A DNA stretch of 64,000 nt from Halorussus marinus (GTDB taxonomy: Archaea > Halobacteriota > Halobacteria > Halobacteriales > Haladaptataceae). A model generated the notes under the pieces. It was not told the origin of the DNA. It saw only the letters and a program-made list of their open reading frames with translations, and did not search any database. Each line of letters opens with the position of its first letter. Within the stretch, counting starts at the first letter, position 1. Below, one piece after another: positions 27,099 through 34,612 of this stretch. The stretch spans positions 62,001 to 126,000 of the forward strand of contig NZ_SBIV01000008.1 of assembly GCF_004765795.1 (NCBI RefSeq). The letters run 5' to 3'. The translations under genes and the position numbers were made by a program.

Positions 27099-28601
27099 AT
27101 GGTCGAAAACACTCGACGCGCGTTCCTGAAGACACTTAGTGCGACGGCGCTCGCCGTCGGCGGCGTGGGGAAAGTGGGGGCACAGCAATCCGGCGGTCAG
27201 GAGCAAGTAACTGCGACGAGCGGCGTCCTCGAACTCGAGGCCCACTCGTTGCTGTCGGACCCGCCGGGCGGGTTCTCGGAGGTAGACGTCCGGGCCGACG
27301 GCCAGTACACGGTCATGGGGAGCTATCTCGGCGAGGGCGGGTCGTTCCTCGCGGACCTGAGCGACCTGTCGAACCCGACCGAGGCCCACCGGCTCCCGTC
27401 GTCGGCCTCGACCCGGAACGCCGACGTGAAGTTCGACAGCCGCGACGGCCTGTACTACCGATCCCAAGAGCCAAACGACGACCAGGGGATGGGCGGCGTC
27501 GAGGTCGTCGACTACGGCCACGACGCCGGGTCGGTCTCGGAACCCGAGGTGGTCGGCCGGGTCGACCGCCCCTCGGGAGTTCACAACATGGACGCCCACT
27601 ACAGCGAGCCGGTCCTCTATCTGGTCAACTCGCGAGTAGATGACATGGGCGACGCCGAGAACCCATCGGGGTCGGCACCGGGCATCACGGTGGTCGACAC
27701 GAGCGACCCCGCCAATCCCGAACGGGTCACCACGGTCGAACCGCTGGGGTCGAACCACGACGTCGTGGTCGACGAGAACCGCGACATGCTCCACTCGGCG
27801 TTCATCGCCGGGGAGTTCGTGGGCTACGCCGTCCACGACATCAGCGATCCCCGGAGTCCAGAGCTGGTCGGCACCTTCGACTACAAGTACCGGCCGAACT
27901 ACTCGGAGGTCGGCGAGGTCGGGTTCGAACTGTGTCACTACGCCCACCCCGACCCGGAGGAAGACCTCGTGATCGTCGGCGACGAGAAGGGGACCGGACT
28001 CCCCGGCGGCAAGCACGTACTCGACGTCGGGTGGCAGGACGGCTCGTTCGAGGACCCCGTCCACGTCGGGTTCGTCCACTCGCCGAACGCGAAGTCCCAG
28101 GACGGGGAGTTCGCGCTCTACGACTGGACGACCCACAACCACGAGGTCGTCTACAAGAACGGGACCCGACTGCTCGTCGACGGGGGCTACCACGAGGGAG
28201 CGGTCGTCTACGACCTCTCGGACCCGACCAACCCCGTGGCGGCCCACCAGTATCTCACCATCGACGGCGCCGAGGAAGCACAGGGCGCCGACTGGATCGG
28301 CGACCCCCCGATGGCGTGGGGCGCGAACTACAACGACGAGCGGGACTTCGTCGCGGTCAGCGACCTCGAAACCGGGCTGTACGTGTTCCGAGTCAGCGAC
28401 GAGGAGTCGCCGGTCCGGACCGTCGAGGAGCAACTCGATCGCGACGGCGACGGCGAGCTGACCCAGGCCGATGTCCAGCGCGCGATCTCCTACTGGGAGG
28501 ACGGCGAGACCGTACCCAACACGGGGGTCGCCGGCGATAACGTCGAAATGACCACCGACCGGCTCCAGCAGGTCCTCCGGTCGGCCCGACAGAGCCAGTA
28601 G
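27099..28601 (+). CDS. Tat-exported LVIVD-repeat beta-propeller protein with a C-terminal EF-hand/dockerin-like segment
   Basis: Tat motif 'TRRAFLK'; repeated 'DxSDPxxP'; His motifs GVHN, SNHD, LCHY, TTHNH; 'DRDGDGEL'. Confidence 0.8.
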   Translation: MVENTRRAFLKTLSATALAVGGVGKVGAQQSGGQEQVTATSGVLELEAHSLLSDPPGGFSEVDVRADGQYTVMGSYLGEGGSFLADLSDLSNPTEAHRLPSSASTRNADVKFDSRDGLYYRSQEPNDDQGMGGVEVVDYGHDAGSVSEPEVVGRVDRPSGVHNMDAHYSEPVLYLVNSRVDDMGDAENPSGSAPGITVVDTSDPANPERVTTVEPLGSNHDVVVDENRDMLHSAFIAGEFVGYAVHDISDPRSPELVGTFDYKYRPNYSEVGEVGFELCHYAHPDPEEDLVIVGDEKGTGLPGGKHVLDVGWQDGSFEDPVHVGFVHSPNAKSQDGEFALYDWTTHNHEVVYKNGTRLLVDGGYHEGAVVYDLSDPTNPVAAHQYLTIDGAEEAQGADWIGDPPMAWGANYNDERDFVAVSDLETGLYVFRVSDEESPVRTVEEQLDRDGDGELTQADVQRAISYWEDGETVPNTGVAGDNVEMTTDRLQQVLRSARQSQ

Positions 28602-28651
28602 CGGCTTTCGACCGGACGGGATCGACCTCGTCCGACCACAGTTTCGTCCCA

Positions 28652-29542
28652 ATGTCAACGACAAACAGCACGTTCGCACTCGCGGTCGCCTGCCTGCTCG
28701 TCGGGAGCGCCGTCGCGCTCGGAGCCGGTATCGCGACCGCGCACGGCAACCACCTCAGTGCCGACGCCCAGCTTTCGAGCGACGGCACGGTGGTGGTCGA
28801 GAACCTCTTCTTCCAGAACGGCGGCTACCTCGCGGTCCGCGCCGACGACGGCGAGAGTCCGGGCCGGGTGCTCGGGTACGAGCGCCTCGGGGCGGGCTAC
28901 CGGAGCGCGGTGTCGGTCACCGCCGACGCCGAGTACTGGGCCGAGCAGACGAACGCGACGACCGTCTGGGCGACGCTCCACCGCGACGACGGCGACGGCG
29001 AGTTCGAGCCCAACGGCGACGACGACCTCTTCCGGTCGTTCGGTAGCTTCGCCGGCACGCAGATTAGCGTCGGCAAGACCGACGACGGACGGTCGTACGT
29101 CGTCGCCGCGAGCGCGTCGGGGGCCCGACAGGCGACCGACGGCCCGACCGTCGCGATCGAGAACGCGTCGCTGGCCGAGCCCGGCTACCTCGCGATCCAC
29201 GCCGTCGAAGACGACTACTCGCCGGGAGACGTGGTCGGTCACGTCCGCCTGGAGCCGGGCGTCCACCAGAACGTGACCGTCGAGATAGACGAGTCGTTCT
29301 ACGAGTCGCTCGACGAGCGCTACCGGCTGTACGCGATGATCCACGCCGACGACGGCGACGGGGAGTTCGACCCCGAGGCCGACGAGGCCGTGACCGTCGG
29401 CGACGCGACGGTCGGGTCGCTGTTCGACCTCCGGAAGGCGGGCGAGGACGGCGGCCTCGTCAACACCGCCGAGCCGACCGCGACGACGACCGAGGAGTCG
29501 CTCGTGAACACGCCGACCGAGAACCAGACCACACAGAGCTAA
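28652..29542 (+). CDS. Secreted protein with a duplicated haloarchaeal beta-sandwich domain (DUF7282-like)
   Basis: Signal ending ATA|HGNH; two copies of 'GYLA(V/I)...G.V(L/V)G...L..G...(L/I)H.DDGDGEF(E/D)P'. Confidence 0.7.
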   Translation: MSTTNSTFALAVACLLVGSAVALGAGIATAHGNHLSADAQLSSDGTVVVENLFFQNGGYLAVRADDGESPGRVLGYERLGAGYRSAVSVTADAEYWAEQTNATTVWATLHRDDGDGEFEPNGDDDLFRSFGSFAGTQISVGKTDDGRSYVVAASASGARQATDGPTVAIENASLAEPGYLAIHAVEDDYSPGDVVGHVRLEPGVHQNVTVEIDESFYESLDERYRLYAMIHADDGDGEFDPEADEAVTVGDATVGSLFDLRKAGEDGGLVNTAEPTATTTEESLVNTPTENQTTQS

Positions 29543-29546
29543 TCCA

Positions 29547-30701
29547 ATGACCGACGACACCGGCACAGACGACGGACCGATCGACCGACGGGCGACGATG
29601 AGGCGGCGCGCGTTTCTCGCGTTCGGGTCGGGGCTCGCCGCCGGGACGGCGCTCTCGGGCGCCGTCGGCGGCGCCTCGACGCGCGACCGACCGAACCGAC
29701 AGGAGACCACGACCGGGAACGAGACCGCCGGTCCCCAGCGCACGACGGTCGAAGACCGGCCCGAGGGCGTCTACGTCCAGCCGTTCCTCGAATCGATGTC
29801 GATGCAGGGGACCGCGGAGGTCGGCGACTACGCGGTCGCGTTGCTGTACACCGTCCCGCACGTCTTCTGGACGGTGACCGGGAGCGACCGGTCCAGACAG
29901 CCGCTGTCTCCGGACGCCTCGGCCCACGTCATGGCGCAAGTGTGGGACCCCGAGACCGACACCGTCCTGCCCGAGGCGGGGCTGTCGATCGAGATCACCC
30001 GAGACGGCGAACTCGTCTCCGAGGAGGTCATCTACCCGATGCTCTCCCAGCGGATGGGCTTTCACTACGGCGGGAACTTCACGCTCGACGGCGACGGAAC
30101 CTACGGCGTGCGCGTGAGCGTCGGCGGGCTCCAAATCCCCCGGACCGGCGCGTTCGAGGGCCGGTTCGGCGAGCCGGCGAGCGCGGAGCTCGAACTGACG
30201 TTCACCGAGGCGACCCGCTCGGAGATCCGGATTCGAGAGATCGATCAGGCGGGCGAGCGCGGCGCGCTCCGGCCAATGGAGATGGAGGCACTGCCGCTCG
30301 GTCGCGCGCCCGCGCTCGAAGAGCTTCCGGGATCGGTCGTCGGCACCGCCGAGAGCGGCGACGCCCGGTTCGCGGTGAGCCGGGTGCCCGCCGACGAGGC
30401 CGGCCGGTTCACCGACGGCGAGCCGTACCTCCTCGCGTCGGCCCGGACGCCGTACAACGATCTCGTGTTGCCGATGATGGGCGTCGAGGCCGCCGTCACC
30501 CGCGACGGCGAGACCGCGTTCGAGGGCCGACTCGAACGGACGCTCGACCCCGAGGCCGGCTACCACTACGGCGCGGCCGTCCCGGGGCTGGCGGCCGGCG
30601 ACACCGTCGCGCTGTCGGTGTCGACGCCGCCGCAGGTCGCCCGCCATCAGGGGTACGAGACGGCGTTTCTCGACATGCCCGAGATGGAGCTGACGGTGTA
30701 G
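29547..30701 (+). CDS. Tat-exported tandem P19/FetP(Tp34)-like metal-binding protein
   Basis: Tat motif 'MRRRAFL'; 'AHVMAQVWD', 'PMLSQRMGFHYGGNF', and a second 'AGYHYGAAV...VARHQGYET'. These resemble the P19/FetP motifs PM...PHYG and RH.D.ET. Confidence 0.7.
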   Translation: MTDDTGTDDGPIDRRATMRRRAFLAFGSGLAAGTALSGAVGGASTRDRPNRQETTTGNETAGPQRTTVEDRPEGVYVQPFLESMSMQGTAEVGDYAVALLYTVPHVFWTVTGSDRSRQPLSPDASAHVMAQVWDPETDTVLPEAGLSIEITRDGELVSEEVIYPMLSQRMGFHYGGNFTLDGDGTYGVRVSVGGLQIPRTGAFEGRFGEPASAELELTFTEATRSEIRIREIDQAGERGALRPMEMEALPLGRAPALEELPGSVVGTAESGDARFAVSRVPADEAGRFTDGEPYLLASARTPYNDLVLPMMGVEAAVTRDGETAFEGRLERTLDPEAGYHYGAAVPGLAAGDTVALSVSTPPQVARHQGYETAFLDMPEMELTV

Positions 30702-30739
30702 GAAACACTCTTGGGAGTTCGTCCCATACCTACGGGGCG

Positions 30740-32020
30740 ATGACACCGAGTGCGAACCGGGGGCTGTCGCGCCGGGCGTTCGTCCGAACGGCCGTCGCGA
30801 TCGGGGGAGCGCCCGCACTCGACGCTTGCATCGAACGCTGGGGAGCGCCCGACGCCGCGCGACCGCCCGACGGCGGACAGTCGCTCCCCGAGCGACAGTT
30901 CGCGTGGGACGAGTCGGTCGCGACCGACGAGGCGGGCAACCACCTCGGGCCCCGCCACCGCGTGCTGTTGTACCTCGACTACGCCCGCGAGGGCGAGCCG
31001 ACCGACGCCGACCGCGAGCGGACCGAGGCGGCGCTCGGGAGCCTCGAACGCGCCTACGAGTGGAGCAACGACGGCCTGCTTTTCACCGTGAGCTACTCGC
31101 CGGCGTACTTCGAGCGGTTCGGCGCCGACCTCCCCGAATCGGTCGAGTTGCCCGAACCCGAGGCGCTCTCGTCGTTCGAGGACCCGGCGCTCGACCGGCC
31201 GGACGCGGTCGTCCACCTCGCGAGCGACCACGGCGAGGCGGTGCTGGCGGCCGAGGAGGCGCTGATGGGCGACCGCGAGTCGCTCGGCGACGTCGAGATG
31301 CAGGCGTCGCTGGCCGACGCCTTCGAGCGGGTCGACCGCCGGACGGGGTTCATCGGCGACGGCCTGCCCGCCGACAATCAGGACGTCGCCGGGATTCCCG
31401 ACTCGGAGCCGGTCCCGGAGGACGCCCCGCTCTACATGGGGTTCAAGTCGGGGTTCCGAAAGAATCAGGCGAGCGAGGACCGGGTCGCGATCGAGTCCGG
31501 GCCGTTCGCCGACGGAACCACCCAGCAGATCTCCCAGATCCGGCTCCGGCTCGACGACTGGTACGGCGAGCAGGACCACGACGAACGGGTGGGCGAGATG
31601 TTCTGTCCGTTCCACGCCGAGGAGGGCCTCGTCGAGGAGACCGGCGAGGAACTCGGCGATTCGAGCCGGGTCGAGGAGTGTCCCGAGGATCTGGACGCGA
31701 CCGCCCGCGAGCACGGCCGGATCGGCCACGCCCAGAAGAACGCGACGGTGCGAGAGGACGGCTCGCCGATCATCCTCCGGCGGGACTTCAACTCGACCGA
31801 CGGCGACGAGGCCGGGGTCCACTTCCTGTCGCTCCAGCGGTCGATCGCCGACTTCGTGAAGACCCGGGAGGCGATGAACGGCACCGAGCAGACCCGCAAC
31901 CTCGAGATCCGCCAGCGGGTGAACAACGGCATCCTCGAGTACACGTTCGTCAAGCGCCGGGGCAACTACCTCCTCCCGCCCCGGAGCCGGCGGGCGCTCC
32001 CGACGCCGCGGTCCGGGTAG
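30740..32020 (+). CDS. Tat-exported DyP/EfeB-like heme protein, atypical
   Basis: Tat motif 'SRRAFV'; MGFKSG, GHAQK, IILRRD, 'GVHFLSLQ' and 'ILEYTF...GNYLLPP' follow the motif order of DyP-type peroxidases. Confidence 0.6.
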   Translation: MTPSANRGLSRRAFVRTAVAIGGAPALDACIERWGAPDAARPPDGGQSLPERQFAWDESVATDEAGNHLGPRHRVLLYLDYAREGEPTDADRERTEAALGSLERAYEWSNDGLLFTVSYSPAYFERFGADLPESVELPEPEALSSFEDPALDRPDAVVHLASDHGEAVLAAEEALMGDRESLGDVEMQASLADAFERVDRRTGFIGDGLPADNQDVAGIPDSEPVPEDAPLYMGFKSGFRKNQASEDRVAIESGPFADGTTQQISQIRLRLDDWYGEQDHDERVGEMFCPFHAEEGLVEETGEELGDSSRVEECPEDLDATAREHGRIGHAQKNATVREDGSPIILRRDFNSTDGDEAGVHFLSLQRSIADFVKTREAMNGTEQTRNLEIRQRVNNGILEYTFVKRRGNYLLPPRSRRALPTPRSG

Positions 32021-32081
32021 GGACCCGGCCGGCGCGCGCCGACCGCGCCGCTTTTGTCCGCGAGCGCCCTGGGTCCTGTCG

Positions 32082-32816
32082 ATGGAAGTCGCTATCCTCA
32101 CCGTCGGCGACGAGGTGCTCGCGGGCGACACCGCGAACACGAACGCGACGTGGCTCGCGAGCCGGCTCACCGAGGGCGGCGCGACCGTCGCGCGCATCCT
32201 CACGGTGCCCGACGACCGCGAACTCGTCGGCGACACCGTCGCCGAGTGGGCCCGGGCGTTCGACGCCGTGGTCGTCACCGGCGGGCTCGGTGGGACCCAC
32301 GACGACGTGACCGCCGACGCGGTCGCCGACGCGTTCGACCGCGACCTCGTCGTCGACGACGCGGTCCGCGAAAACGTGGTCGCGACCGTCGCGGCCTACC
32401 GCGACGAGAACCCCGAGACGGTCGCGGCCCACGACCTCGACATCGACGTCGACGCGTGGGCCGCGCTCCCGGCGGGGAGCCGGCCGCTGATGAACCCCGA
32501 GGGGCTCTGTCCGGGCTGTGTGGTCGAGAACGTCTACGCGTTCCCGGGCGTCCCCGCCGAGATGGAGGCGCTGTTCGAAACAGTCGCCGGGGAGTTCAGC
32601 GGCGACGCGGTCTCGACCACGCTGTACACCCCACAGCCCGAGGCGTCGGTGGTCGAGGCGGTCGCGGGCGTCCGCGAGCGATTCGACGTGACGGTGGGGA
32701 GCTACCCCGCGACCGAGAAACAGAACCGGCTGAAGGTGACCGGAACCGACTCCGAAGCGGTCGCGGCGGCGGCCGCGTGGCTCCGCGATCGGGTCGAGGT
32801 CAGCGCCGAGGAGTAA
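32082..32816 (+). CDS. CinA-like/molybdopterin-binding domain protein
   Basis: Motifs 'VGDEVLAGDTANTNA', 'TGGLGGTHDDVT' and 'FPGVPAEM'. Confidence 0.88.
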   Translation: MEVAILTVGDEVLAGDTANTNATWLASRLTEGGATVARILTVPDDRELVGDTVAEWARAFDAVVVTGGLGGTHDDVTADAVADAFDRDLVVDDAVRENVVATVAAYRDENPETVAAHDLDIDVDAWAALPAGSRPLMNPEGLCPGCVVENVYAFPGVPAEMEALFETVAGEFSGDAVSTTLYTPQPEASVVEAVAGVRERFDVTVGSYPATEKQNRLKVTGTDSEAVAAAAAWLRDRVEVSAEE

Positions 32817-32838
32817 TCACGCGGGCGGCGTCGGGTCG

Positions 32839-33858
32839 CTACGCCTCGCGCTCGCCGACCTTCACGAGCTGTTTGCCGATGTTCTCGCCCTCGAACAGCC
32901 CGAGGAACGCGTCGGGGGCGTTCTGTAGCCCGTCGGTGACCGTCTCGCGGTAGGTCACCTCGCCGTCGGCGACCCACTCGGCGAGCTGTCGGGTCGCGGC
33001 TTCGAACCGGGGGGCGAAGTCCCCGACCAGAAAGCCCTCGACGCGGGCCCGGGTCTCGACGAGCGTGCCGAGCTTCCGGGGTCCCGTCGGTAGCTCCTCG
33101 GCGTTGTACAGCGAGATCTGGCCGCAGACCGCGACCCGGGCGTCGACGTTGAGCTTCGAGAAGACGGCGTCGGTGATCGGGCCGCCGACGTTGTCGAAGT
33201 AGCTGTCGACCCCGTCGGGCGCGGCCTCGTCGAGCGCCGCCCGGTAGTCGTCGGTCGCCTTGTAGTTGATGGCGGCGTCGAAGCCGAGGTCGTCTTCGAG
33301 GAACGCGACCTTCTCGTCGGAGCCGGCGAACCCGACCACGCGGGCGCCCGACCGCTTTGCGATCTGGCCCGCGACCGAGCCGACCGCGCCCGCCGCGCCC
33401 GTGACGACGAACGTGTCGCCGGCCTTCGGGTCGGCGACCTCGCGGGTGCCGAAGTAGGCGGTCCGGCCGGGCATCCCCAGCACGCCGAGCGCGGTCGAGA
33501 TCGGCCCGAGACTCGGATCGACGGGCTGGAGTTGGGCGCCCGGCGCGGTGGCGTAGTCGGCCCACTCGAGGTTGCCGGTCACCACGTCGCCGGCCTCGAA
33601 GCCCGCGCCGTTGGACTCGACGACCTCGGCGACGACGCCCGCACGGAGGGGCTCGCCCACGTCCCACGGCTCGGCGTACGACTCGCCGGCGTCCATCCGA
33701 CCGCGCATGTAGGGGTCGACCGAGAGGTACAGCGTCCGGACCAGCGCCTCGCCCGGCGCGGGGTCGGGGACGGCTTGCTCGACCAGTTCGAACGTCTCGC
33801 GGTCGGGCGTGCCGTCGGGGCGCTCGGCTAGCAGGTACTTCCGGTTGGTGTCGCTCAT
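32839..33858 (-). CDS. NADP-dependent oxidoreductase (prostaglandin reductase/CurA-like MDR)
   Basis: Motifs 'YLSVDPYMRGRM', 'GAAGAVGS', 'YFDNVGG' and 'GENIGKQLV'. Confidence 0.92.
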   Translation of the reverse strand: MSDTNRKYLLAERPDGTPDRETFELVEQAVPDPAPGEALVRTLYLSVDPYMRGRMDAGESYAEPWDVGEPLRAGVVAEVVESNGAGFEAGDVVTGNLEWADYATAPGAQLQPVDPSLGPISTALGVLGMPGRTAYFGTREVADPKAGDTFVVTGAAGAVGSVAGQIAKRSGARVVGFAGSDEKVAFLEDDLGFDAAINYKATDDYRAALDEAAPDGVDSYFDNVGGPITDAVFSKLNVDARVAVCGQISLYNAEELPTGPRKLGTLVETRARVEGFLVGDFAPRFEAATRQLAEWVADGEVTYRETVTDGLQNAPDAFLGLFEGENIGKQLVKVGEREA

Positions 33859-33928
33859 GGTTCGACCGTGGACGGCCGGCCGGAAGGGCACTGCGGTCCC
33901 GGCAGGTTCGGGGTCGACTCGGCGAGGG

Positions 33929-34510
33929 TTACTCGGTCGCCCCGACGTTCTCCTCGCTCTCCATCGTCGACGGGGTGGGTTCGATGTCGGCGTACCTGAC
34001 CGTCTCCTCGCCGAGTCGGACCACCCGAGCTTCGAGGTCCGGATCGGCGAACGAGCCGTCTCGGACCGCCGCGTGCGAGCGGGCCACCGCGGCCTGATAC
34101 GGCAGGACCCACGCGTCGAGCGCCCGGCAGACCGACCGGAGGTGTTCGAGCGCGGTGATGGGAAACTGGCCGCCCGAGACTCCGAGCAGTCCCACGGTCT
34201 TGTCCCCGAACTCCTCGAACCCGCAGTAGTCGATCGCGGTCTTCAGCGTCGAGGAGTACGAGCCGTGGTACATCGGCGTCCCGAGGATCACGGCGTCGGC
34301 CGCCCGAACCTCGCGGGCGAGCGCGGCGGCGTCGCCCGCCGCGTCGACGTCGGGGTCGAACGCGGGCAGGTCGTACTCGCGCAGGTCGAGAAGCGCGGGG
34401 TCGCCCCCGGCGGCCTCGACGCCGTCGAGCGCGCGCCCGAGGGCCACACGGGTGGTGCTCTCGTCGCGGAGACTGCCACAGAGTGCGGCGATTCGGGGTG
34501 AATCGGTCAT
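33929..34510 (-). CDS. NADPH-dependent FMN reductase
   Basis: Motifs 'GSLRDESTT' and 'GTPMYHGSYSSTLKTAID'. Confidence 0.92.
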   Translation of the reverse strand: MTDSPRIAALCGSLRDESTTRVALGRALDGVEAAGGDPALLDLREYDLPAFDPDVDAAGDAAALAREVRAADAVILGTPMYHGSYSSTLKTAIDYCGFEEFGDKTVGLLGVSGGQFPITALEHLRSVCRALDAWVLPYQAAVARSHAAVRDGSFADPDLEARVVRLGEETVRYADIEPTPSTMESEENVGATE

Positions 34511-34612
34511 ACCCGTCGGTTCGCCCGCGATCCACTAATCGCTGGCCCCGGCGCGTCCCGCCTCCCGCCGACGATACGAAGCTTTATCGCCGGGAGTTCC
34601 ATAGCGGAAACG

